DNA of 64,000 nt from Curvularia clavata (lineage: Eukaryota). Of the stretch, positions 22,009 through 32,700 are shown in pieces. Numbering within the stretch: the first letter of the stretch is position 1; each line of letters starts with the position of its first letter. The notes under the pieces were generated by a model that saw only the letters and a program-made list of their open reading frames with translations, was not told the origin of the DNA and made no database searches. Where the stretch lies: the NCBI GenBank assembly GCA_023920165.1, contig CP089275.1, positions 4,774,001 through 4,838,000 of the forward strand, in the 5' to 3' direction. The translations under genes were made by a program, and so were the position numbers.

Positions 22009-24546
22009 TCACACATCTGCGCCCTGTTCAAGCGTCTCAGAACGAGCACTCGGCGCACAGGTCGTCCGCGCCTCCCACAAATCCGCCTTCTTCGCATCTC
22101 TGACTGCCGCGTCAACAGCATCGTGAAGGTCCAGGTGAAAAAACGGCCTATCAACTCCATACAAAGGCTGAAAGTGCCTCTTCTCACTGGCAACACCCAC
22201 ATGCATTTGCGTCTCGCTCGACTGAGTGGCATCTTTTCCCAACTCCTCGTCTCGAACACGAGAACTGCGCTGCCAAATCTCCATGTCCTTGCGCTCTTGG
22301 TCTGTCGCGCGAGCTAGACTCCCAGTGACAGTGTAAGCAGGACACCAATTGCCTATGCTGTCTACATTTGTCGTTGCTGGAAATCCGAAGCCGGCATACG
22401 AAAGCGCTTTGCGTGTCCAGCGGTTGTGCACGCCGGCAAAGTGCCATTCTACCAGCCCAGGGGCGGCGTACCTGTCTAGAGTATCGCGTAGGCCTTTCAG
22501 GCCGTCGATGCTGGTGATGTCGAGGATGTTGACAGTAGAGAAGTCCAAGACTACTGCTCGTAGGATGGGTAGTGACGAAGACTCTTCAATGAGTTTTTGG
22601 GTAGGCGGAGCGTCGCACCAGAGACGGTCGTGGTCACGGATGCCGTCGTCGGATTGCCCTCGGCGGGTGTGGGACATTATATAAGAGGTCAGATAGTCAA
22701 CGTGCGAGGCTTGATTGATGTAATTGAAGTTTTCGCTGAAGCGGTAGATGAAGACGCCAGGATATGCGGGTTCGACTGCGATATCGGGGTTGTGGTTGTC
22801 CTTAGAGTCATAGGGAATATAGACCTGGCGCATCTCTTTAACATGTTCAACGTGGCTCACAACCGGAACGTCCAGTGTCTCTGCAGAAGATGTTTCGTCG
22901 CAAGGCAGGTCCTCGCGCACAACACGTGTGACCCCAACTGTGCCGCGGAACTTGCCTGGACTTTTGGCCATACGGAGTAGAAGCATGGCGAAAGAAAGAC
23001 CAACAGTGACGTAGATAGCCGTCTCAAGGTCAGTGAAGAAGGCGATGACGACACCGCATACCCAGATGAAGAGTTCGAATGGAGATAGTTCATAGTACTT
23101 GTGCAAATCCTTCGGGCCTTTAATCAGATCGACAGTAGAGTGGATGATGAGACCTGCTAGTGCTGCGTTAGGAATATAGCGGAAGACCGCAGTGAGGGCA
23201 TACAGCGCCAGTATCAACACCAAGGCGCTGAAAACACCAGAGAGAGGAGTCCGCACCGCTGCCTTTGACAACACAGCAGAAGCACCAAAAGATCCAGTGC
23301 ATACATAACCCCCAACAAATGGACTTAGCAAGTTGGCAGCGCCTTGTGCCATCATCTCCTGCGATGGTACAACGGTGTAATTGTGTTTGCGACCGAAGCT
23401 CTTTGCGATAGCAATGTGCTCGACGATGAGGATTATGATGATAGCAGGGAGTTCAGAGGCAACAAGGCCGAATAGTTCGCCATCCATTGGGGGAACGCCG
23501 GCGTGGCTGAAGCCTTTCTCGATATGGCCGACGATGCGGAATTTCTCTTTTCCTGTTGGCATCTTTCGGTTGACAAGGAAGCTGATAAGGGTGTAGAGCA
23601 GGATAGTGAACGTAAGACGCAGAGAGGATATGAGGGACCACATCTTCTTTCTCCGGGGTTGCCGCACCTCCATCTTGGTACAAGTGTTCTTGATCAGATA
23701 CAGGAGTATGATGGATGTGATGCCGATGGCCGCATCAAGCCTGGTGCGCGGTAACCCCTTCAAGAAGTTGACGTAGACTTTGTACGGAGACTCGCGCGTG
23801 TTTATGCCTTTTATACCCATCAACGTTGGCAGCTGTGTTGAGATGATGGTGATGCTGGCGGATGTGATGAAAGCCGAGATGGGGATATAGGGGATGAACT
23901 CGATGATGAAGCCCAGGCGAAGAATGCCAAAGCCGAGTATGACAGCACCAGCAAGAAAACTTAATGCGTGTGCAACTTGCTCAGGCTTGTATTTCCCTGG
24001 ATGCGATTCCTCAACCTTGCTGACAGCTGTGCCAACGAGCAATGAACCGACCGCAGTGGTCTAGATTTGGATTAGATGGTATTCCACCAGGAAGAAAACT
24101 TTGACTTACACCTATGACAATATCCCTCGAAGTCCCGAATATCCAGTAGAGACACGCCCCAGTAAAGGTGGTGTACAGCCCAAAGGCAGGCGATAACCGA
24201 GCAAGCAATGCATATGCCACTCCTTGAGGGACTACAACGAGTCCCACAGTAATTCCTAATTCATATTAGTATCGAAGAAGAATAATCTGCACTGCCTCTC
24301 GCACATACCAGCAATAGCATCTCCGACTAACCAATGTAGGTTGTACCGTCTTATCCACCGGGCGCTGGGAAACACTTCGCGGATATATCCGGCCACGCCG
24401 CTTGAAGTCGGAACAAAATCGCGAAACCACTCGGCTACTGATGGGTCTTCCTCGATATAGGATTCGCCAATTGTTTCATTGGCTATATTTCTGAATCTTG
24501 TTGTCTGTGCACTGCGGTCCTCGGAAAAAGTTGGCAATAATTTCAT
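22009..24546 (-). CDS. SulP/SLC26 sulfate permease with C-terminal STAS domain, 3 introns
   Basis: RYNLHWLVGDAIAG, VVVPQGVAYALLA, GLYTTF, EHIAIAKSFG, TGSFGASA; STAS segment RAVVLDFSTVNILDITSIDGL. Start MKLLPTFSED at 24546. Confidence 0.93.
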
Positions 24547-25508
24547 TGTTCGAAGGTTGGGAGTCGAATTAGAGGAGCGGCGAGAACAGAGATTAACAGA
24601 GACTATCTTCTTATTGCAATAGCATGTATAGTAGCGTATCGATGGTTGATCTAGTAATGCCTGCGTCAAGCCAAATCAAGTACATGTGTCCAGAAAAGGC
24701 GCAGAGCTTGAACAACAGCGATGAAAAATACATGAGAGAAGTTTGAGGCAGCTGTGCAGGTTATGAGTTGGCGATTCCGGTTCGCCCTGTGTCTGGCGAG
24801 TCGTTCTTCCCAAGAGTCTAACCCGTTGCCATGCGTTCGCGCTGGGAGCATCCAACCGACGAGCCGAATCGTTCGGGCGAGAGAGCTTGGCAACATCAAC
24901 ACGACGTTGAAACACGGCGACTCACCGCCACTAATCTCTATACCAACTGCGTATTCAGTGCATTTCCTAAAAAATTACACGAAGACGCCGAACTAGCGCC
25001 TACGCTGGCAAGTGCTGCATGCGATGTTGCGATATTGTCCCCTATATCTTTTAGAGAAGTCGCCGCCTAGTGGCCAAGTAACGCCTTCACACTGCATCTC
25101 TCCAAGGATCCAGATCCTCCAGCACCAACTTGAAGATACCTGATCGACGCTTGAGCAAGGCGATTGGATGACCAGAAGGCGTTGGCGACGAGCCTCCAGT
25201 GGACCCACATCGGGAAATAGGCGGGCATGGATTGCGGGGAGAAACGACTACGCTTTTCTCACCGGATCAAACTCGCTCATAGAACCTCTTGGCTTGCAAC
25301 GTATGTCGATGTGTTGTCGATGTCGGTCGATGTTTGTCGATTTACTTAGAGTCCATCGATTCAGACGTACTACTAGTAGTTAGCTGTTTAGATTTGCCCC
25401 TTGTTTTGATGACGCACGGGCTCGTCAGGAACTATAGTTTCAGTACCTACCAGCACCAAGGTCACCAGATACTTGATCGACCTTTTCTTGCAGAGAACAC
25501 CTCCCAAC

Positions 25509-26948
25509 TCAGCCATTCTCATTGCCATCAGCAACTGTGTAACCTTCCTCGTCCGTCTCCCACTCTTCGTTGTCATCGTCATGTCCCTCATGCTTGCGGC
25601 GAACGTTGCCGTCTCCGCACAGACAACAAGTACACTCCTCCGGCAAACCTTCCTCTACCCTCCACCTGCGAATTATGCCCCGACCCAACTGCTCCCCACG
25701 AATCCGAGTACCATCGACGTAGACTGATAAAGATGTGTCGCGATTTCTAGCGTAACCAAGCTCACCGGGTCCCAAGTAAGCGAAATCAGCAGCTGAATGC
25801 TCTTCATCCTGCTCCGCATCGTCCTCGTTGTGTTCGGGATTTTCGGGGTCTTCGGGGTCCTCGTCTCCTATCTCGTTGCTAGCGTCATCCCATTCGCCAG
25901 TGACCTCTCCCTTGCACCAGTTGCACAGAATTTTTGGCTGCGGACCCGCCCCGAAACTCGCCCCACAGCCACATAAGTGACGGTGACCGCTTCCATCGGC
26001 GTCGTGGACCACCACATGGCTCGAAATGGCCTTGTCGGACTCGTTTTCCTTGGTGTAGCAACCCACACACACCCAACGGTCCAGAAACCGCTTGCGTAGT
26101 GTACAAGAGCATGGAGATGAGCCAGGCTTGTGGCGTTTCTGGAAGCATGCCGAGCACAGTAGCTCTTTCCGCCTGACTACAGTCGTGTTGAGATATGACA
26201 CAATCTCGTTGCCACTGTACGGATATTGAGTCCGGCCCGTGGGGACAAAAACCTGTCGTTCACCCAGATTAACATCCAGCAATTTGTCTATCGGTTCGGG
26301 ATCGCCTATCGCCGGAATGTGGAGCGGGATGTGAAAACGGCCTTGGTCGTGGAGAGGCTCCATTTCTTTGACAGGACGGTACCAGGCGGACGCATCTCCG
26401 TTCTTGGGTGGAAAGACAGCAATCGATGCAGCATTCAGAAAGAAGAAACCGGCCCACCAACGGCGCTGATCATACTGAGCATCTTCTGCAAGGTAATTGT
26501 AGAAGATATGTATACGGCATTCGTCGCATGTGTTCACCCCGCACTCCACACAGGGCCGCGATTCTGTTCCAAATCCATCGCTGGTACAGCGGATGCTTTG
26601 GCGGAAGTTCTTCGCTGCGCATGCACAGTGGAGCTTAGAGCGCATATAGCAGCCGAGACCAGGACACAGGGTCTTGGAAAGTATGTTGCCCTTGACCGTC
26701 GCATCATGCATGCGGATATGAGCGTGCAGTGTTTGAGACACCTGAGTCAATGTGACCACGTCGAATGGTGGAAGAAATGAAACAAGTGTCTGTTTTATGT
26801 TATTACGATCCAAGATCAGCAACAGAGGGGAACCTACCTCCAACACAGGATACAAAGCTAGCGAAGCTGCGAGCGGGTTCGTTGTGTTGGACGTAGCCAG
26901 AGGCATCTTCCATGTGCGAGGCACCATTTTTTGCTTGGCAGTCGCCAT
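25509..26948 (-). CDS. Hypothetical protein with F-box-like N-terminus, several CxxC clusters and an acidic tail; start uncertain (frame open upstream to about 27089)
   Basis: Open frame of more than 480 codons. SPLLLILDRNNIKQTLVSFLPPFDVVTLTQVSQTL is F-box-like. Cys clusters CVECGVNTCDECRIH, CSAC, CSC...WVCVGC, CGCG, CNWC, CTCCLC. Confidence 0.7.
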   Translation of the reverse strand: MATAKQKMVPRTWKMPLATSNTTNPLAASLALYPVLEVGSPLLLILDRNNIKQTLVSFLPPFDVVTLTQVSQTLHAHIRMHDATVKGNILSKTLCPGLGCYMRSKLHCACAAKNFRQSIRCTSDGFGTESRPCVECGVNTCDECRIHIFYNYLAEDAQYDQRRWWAGFFFLNAASIAVFPPKNGDASAWYRPVKEMEPLHDQGRFHIPLHIPAIGDPEPIDKLLDVNLGERQVFVPTGRTQYPYSGNEIVSYLNTTVVRRKELLCSACFQKRHKPGSSPCSCTLRKRFLDRWVCVGCYTKENESDKAISSHVVVHDADGSGHRHLCGCGASFGAGPQPKILCNWCKGEVTGEWDDASNEIGDEDPEDPENPEHNEDDAEQDEEHSAADFAYLGPGELGYARNRDTSLSVYVDGTRIRGEQLGRGIIRRWRVEEGLPEECTCCLCGDGNVRRKHEGHDDDNEEWETDEEGYTVADGNENG

Positions 26949-29046
26949 GTCGAACGGCCTGGCGAAGGCCAGTGATTGGGCGACTGTTAGAGGGTATGGC
27001 AGTTCGTTTGTGTGCTTGGGGTAGTCGCCGTCGCCATATATGTGTGGCCGGTACTCGATTTTCACGTGAGTGTATTCTGATGGGTACCACTATGACGCTG
27101 TACAGGAGAGAAGATAATTGTGAGAGGAAGAAAACGAGTTGAAAAGTGTGGTTGATAAAATGTCACTGAGACATTGAAGGTACAAGTTTCAAACAGGAAG
27201 CCACAGGTGGCACGTGCACAAAACAATCGCCATAGAGCAAACACATCCTCACATGGCATCCTCCCGGCTACGGTACACGAGATAGGAGGCGATAACTTGC
27301 GGGTATGATCTGTTGGCTAACAAAGACAGGGGTAGTGCAAGTGGATCGACAAGTTCAAGAGGGCTGACGCAACGCAGGGCGCGCTATGAAAGCCGTGAAG
27401 TGGAGATTTTGCGGCTCCGACTACAATCTCATTACTCTAAGAGCAGTGGCAACTGGAATGGTATGGCAAAGCCTTTTCAGCGGACGACAAACATATGTCA
27501 AGAAAGGGAGTGCATTGGCCAGTCGTCAGCCCGCTACCCGCGGATAGTTCCCCGTCATCTCAGGGTCAGTCAGTCTCCACATGCTAAGTCCAGCCCGTAA
27601 CGCATTTTAAATCCTCACTCTTCAGCATTCTTTTTACTCACTGCATAATTCTTTCGTCGAATCATTCGTCGAATGATTCTCATACTTCTCTCTATTTTTC
27701 AGGCGTTCCCCCCTTACTTGAGTCATCATGAACGGACTAAACCCAGGGCGACCAGTCACTCTTCGGCATAAATACCGGCATGTTATTCTATACGCCCTTT
27801 GTCAAGGCTCTTGGTCTTCATGCGTAGCTTCTTGTTCGTTACCACGACCGCCAAGTTATCCGACGAGGCATTCCTCACCTTCCAGATGTAATCGGCGAGG
27901 GCGAATGGCTACCAGACATGATGTCAGTGTAAGCACCGCTTACCAAGACTAGCGACACTTGAAAGTGAAGAGGTGAAAACTTTCCCTCAGTATGCTAAAT
28001 CATGCCAGTCGCGCCGAAAGTTGCCCTTGGTGTCGTTAAGTTGTCCGGAAACATGATCCCCATCAAACCCGCTTCCATGGAGATGTGCAGCATGGGTTGC
28101 TTTACATGAGGCATATTCTCTCTTTGCCACTCTTCTCCAAGACGTGCAGGGAATACATAAGCGAGACTATTCGACCCCTTAATAAACCTCAGTATCCCTA
28201 CTAAGATACTTGATGACGAGGCTAGCGTCGGCTGACTTCCTCATTGGGACATGCCAAAACTCTAATGAAATCTCGCGTGGTTACCGGGAGGCCAGCCAAG
28301 GGACAGTTCGCTATTACATTAGTCCGTATTTTTAAGCGGGCTTTGATGCTTATGCTGACTGAACTCGCCTCGTCTGGACAACATGTCGGAGTTACTCATT
28401 TCATGCTGCCAGAGACCGAAAGTCACTAGCGTTTGAACTAGAAAATTGGTCGGAAAAGTCTACCGTATGAAATACGATGGTAATGCAAGAGATGACCCAA
28501 AATTTGCGCTGCTGGGGACCAGAGTGAGGCAACAGTAGAAGTGGACCCTGACGTCAGTCCCAAGATTGGGAGATACGGAAGGGCCAAAAAAGGTTCACGA
28601 CGTGCCGAGCCGAGAATAAGCGCTTCTAAAGTCGGGATCGATAATTGTGGTGTGGTGTTTGGTGTTGAGACAGCTGTCGGAGAAGCAACATCCGGGGAGC
28701 GGGAGCCCTCGCACCAGATACTATTTGCGGATTCTCACGTTGGGAGCAATCGCCGATCGTCCGCAATTAGTGCGATGAGAGCCTGCTTCCTCGGATTACT
28801 ACCCTATTTATTTTTTATTCACTGCGACTTGTCGTGTGGACTACCCGTTGGACGGTATGCTCAAGATTTTATCCACCTCGACAAAAGCCTGTTCTCACGT
28901 CTGGACAATGCTCTACCACACCAAGTTCGTTCTCATGCTGTATACCGCCCTTGAACTCGGCCGTAGCCTCTGCTATTTCCAACCCCCTCATAGCCTCATC
29001 AAGGCCAAAGGCGTCTTTGTGTCCGACGCTCCGTGGTATGGTGCCA

Positions 29047-29735
29047 CTAGTCCAATTGAGGAGTACAGCTATCGCGCCATTCCTGTTCCACTTCCAGAAC
29101 ATCTCCTCCCCATCCAGTGGCCTGGAGAATGTTTCGTGGCTTGTCACATGGCTCTGTATATGGGAAGAAAGGAAAGTCCATCTCTCTGGCGATACGATCA
29201 CACCCTTTTTCTGTAGGCTTGTTAGATATACACGGATACTGAGGCCATCTTGCAGACTTGTGCGAACTGACCAGTCAGTGACCAAAATGACTCTACCCAA
29301 TCAGGAACGCCTTCGATCACTTCGTTTCGATGATTTCGGAGAGGCATTAATTCGCTTCTCGTATCCTTAAGGCCTTGATTGATAGTGCGAGCCATGTTAT
29401 TGTATGCCCTAAGTTGGTCTTGTTAATTCATTTCTTGCTCCAATGCATTGAAGAACTCACATAGCATTCAGCCTCTTCTTGCAATCCTCTATCTCCTTCT
29501 TGCCATCCTGGACTTCTCGGTGGAGCGTCTTCAGGTGCTTCTTGTTGACCTGGAATTCTTGACGGAGCTTCATCAGGAGGTTCTTCGTGTCCTCTTTGTT
29601 GTCCCGGACTTCGCGGCGGAGCTTTTTCACGTGCTTCTTGTTGCTTCGCAGCTGAGCGCTGATCTCTTTCAAGACTGCTTCATTGGTCACATTGCCCACA
29701 GCAGAGTCCGAGACGCTGGGCGATTCTGATTTCAT
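29047..29735 (-). CDS. Hidden 3-exon gene (191 aa): coiled-coil N-terminus plus Mug135-like C-terminal domain; exons 29735-29461, 29408-29272, 29210-29047
   Basis: Two canonical introns (GTGAGT...TTAAC...TAG, 52 nt; GTCAGT...CTAAC...CAG, 61 nt) join three segments into one stop-free frame: ...KKRLNAM|AYNNMARTINQGLKDTRSELMPLRNHRNEVIEGVPDWVESFWSLT|EKGCDRIAREMD...PQLD*. Confidence 0.7.
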
Positions 29736-32700
29736 CTTGACCGTGAGAATAGTTTGGCTGCTATTGTTTAGTTGTGTGCCTATGAGGAGAGGGAATGAGT
29801 TCAACCCGAGTGAGCTTATATATACTTGCAGACACGCTTTATTTAGCGCGTCAGGCAACTCCCATTCACTCACCTATACACTGTTCAGCATATTGTCATC
29901 GCCTCACTTCCTCGCCTTTACCCTAATGGCGCTCACCAGGCTTCGCGACTTTACCCTAACTGGATGAACGCTCGGATCAAACATCATGGTTAAGTTTTAC
30001 TTCTGTAGACAGAGTCATCAATCACCACTTGTAGATCTTCAGTTCCATAAACGCTCATGCAGATGTGATAATGCGTACCTCGAAAACCGAGAATTTGGGA
30101 ATAATGTTCTTACATGCTATTGCAATAAATTGAAGCGGGTTAGGGCGTCTCTACATCAGTGCTGCTAGACCAGGTATCTCTAGCCGATGTGAGAGAAATG
30201 CGGAGAAGGAGAAGGCAGAGAACCTCGAGAGACACATCTCACGTAGAAAGCTTGCAGTGAGATGCCAATATTCATAGCAGGAGTTTTACTCAGCATTTCT
30301 CGAGATGAGGGATACCCCGCATCGTCGTATATGGGGGGAAGCGAGGAAAAGAAATCGACGCTCGATAGTGCTTGTTAAATATTGTTTCCATTCTCAAGAA
30401 CTCAGGTACAGTATTCTTTGGATGCCAAAGACAGCTTGAACAATCGAGTATCGTTATTGTTTCAACTCTATACTCACGAAGATTGTATTATGAAATTTCC
30501 CCTTCTAGGCATCGATTCAGTCGATATGTATGATATTTGAATATATTGAAGATTAACTGAATGAACCAGAAAAGGGTATATAGCTAAGCATGTCATTCCG
30601 TGGCTTGTTTCCCAAAGATCCACAATCCAGATCGGCTCCCGTCGTAACATGCATACGACGATGAGCCACATTTCAATGCATCCAGGCTCTTGAGCTTCAC
30701 TCTTTGAACACGCCCAATCACCTATGTTCTGAACTTCATGCTGCCGTTGCGGTTATACAACCCCCTAATGTTGCGCAAATTGGTGTGACTGGGCTTCCTA
30801 CCCCAAATCAGTGGTTAGGCTCTTTCTCGGCTGTGACTGAAGAAGAAGCACAACACTCACGGCGCAGCGATGAATGCCAGGTCAACCTTATTGAGATGCA
30901 TCAACCCAGATCTATGTAATCTACCACCTCATTAGCTTACGCGGCTACGACTTCGGACGTAGCACCATACCAGTGAAAACATTCTCATGTCCTCAAATAA
31001 AGCTATCTTTTCGCCTCATGTTTTGCGATTTCCGTCTCTTACTTCAATAGTGCCTGCCGCGCCTGCACATGATGCCGTTTTTCCCTTCTCTGCAACTTCT
31101 GAGCGCACCTTACACTCTGGAGGTGGCGGGGCTGCACGTGCTTGCCACATCATAGACCAGAGCTCATTAGCCAGATTCAGTGTATAGTCGAATGCGCCCT
31201 GAATCAGTGGCCAGATAGGTTGGTAGTAATGGTGGTCCATTCGTGAGTGCGAGTGCAATTGGCAAATCCGGAATGTGGGCTGTTTGTGTTGAATTCTGGA
31301 GTCAATTGGGGTGAAATCGATGTCTTTGAGGTGTTTGGCAATGGCGATGGTAGCGGTGTAGTCACCCGAGATAAGGTCGCTGATAAGGGTAGAGATATGG
31401 CGTCGTGATGATTGGAGCGGCGAAGTGGGGCTTTGAGAGGTTGCGATACACAAGTGACGAGTTGAAACATGCTTTTTGGTAAAATTCGATTGATTGTGCT
31501 ACCTGTGATTGTATCTATATCTTGACCCTTGCATTGCTGTCTAAGGTGTGTTGTGTTTGGATAGGGTGAGAGAGCACGTGAGCTCTAGTCGCTGCCCGTC
31601 TCCCACCACGAACATCACATGCTGTGTCAGCTGGTATTCCAAACAGTTGCTCGTACTAAGCAATGATCTGGCGAAGGTACCACCCTAGATTTACCTAAAT
31701 TGGTAGTCAAGGTTCTACGGCAATCGCTAGCCAAATATTGAACTGCTTCAGTGATGAATCCTGAAATGTTGATACTATCTTTGAGCGTATCACATCTCTC
31801 AATCAGCGCTTGAATTCAACACCGATGACTCCCGGATTGAAGTGATGTTTCGGCACAAAGAGATGATCGTGGTGCTTTGAATGATGTGTGAAATGTAAGG
31901 TCCCCAAGTCTCTCGGATGACAGTGAACAACAATGAACTGCGAGCGAATTCCGTAAATATCGTCTTGTTCGAGCAAGCACGATACCTGCAGGAAAACACC
32001 TCGTTTTCCCGTGTCTGATTTGTCCTAACAACGAATTCATCAAAAGATGCATGGAAGGACAAGTCTTAAAGAAATGTTAAATCGTTCATGGAAGTGGTGC
32101 ACTTGAATCTCAAAATTGCTTAGTCTATGTAACTTGGTTCATCGGCCCCTGTACAGATCTACACAGTCGGCTCTACCTATGGGGAGCCGATCATTGACGC
32201 AAGCAAGCGAAGGAACTCCTCGAGATTCTGGACCCTTATGTTGAGCTTCACAATTTCGATAAAACAGCTAGAAAACATCCCTAGTGTTCGAGCGCTTATC
32301 TCAGCAAATGGGGATGACTATTTTCCGATGGAGACAAAGAAACTTTCGGGCAGATAGTTCCAGCATTTGCATTGCGAACTTAAAGCTTCCTTTCTTCCGG
32401 ACACTGAAACGTCATATCCAGAGTTAAGAAAATGCGCCTCAATGGCAGTCCCCGCTTAGGTTAGCTTAGGCAGGCTAAGGTTTCTTAGGCGCGTGATGTC
32501 GGAAGCATTTCCTGCCATTCTGTTCGATTTTCAACGAGCGAGCAATGAACCCAACCTCACGGATGAGCTTTGGCTAGACAAACAATGGTTTGGTAGGACA
32601 AGACCGAATTGACTACTATCGCAGTACAGAGCTGCAACTAAACCAATCGTACTAGACCTCTTACCCTTCACTGCATCCTTAAAGCTAGTATGAAAGTTCA

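Noticed and set aside
28541..29370. ORFs 28541-28954, 28834-29370, 28836-29216 and 28869-29300
   Set aside because: Three are largely alternative frames or antisense of the spliced gene at 29047-29735, and 28541-28954 has no recognisable motif.
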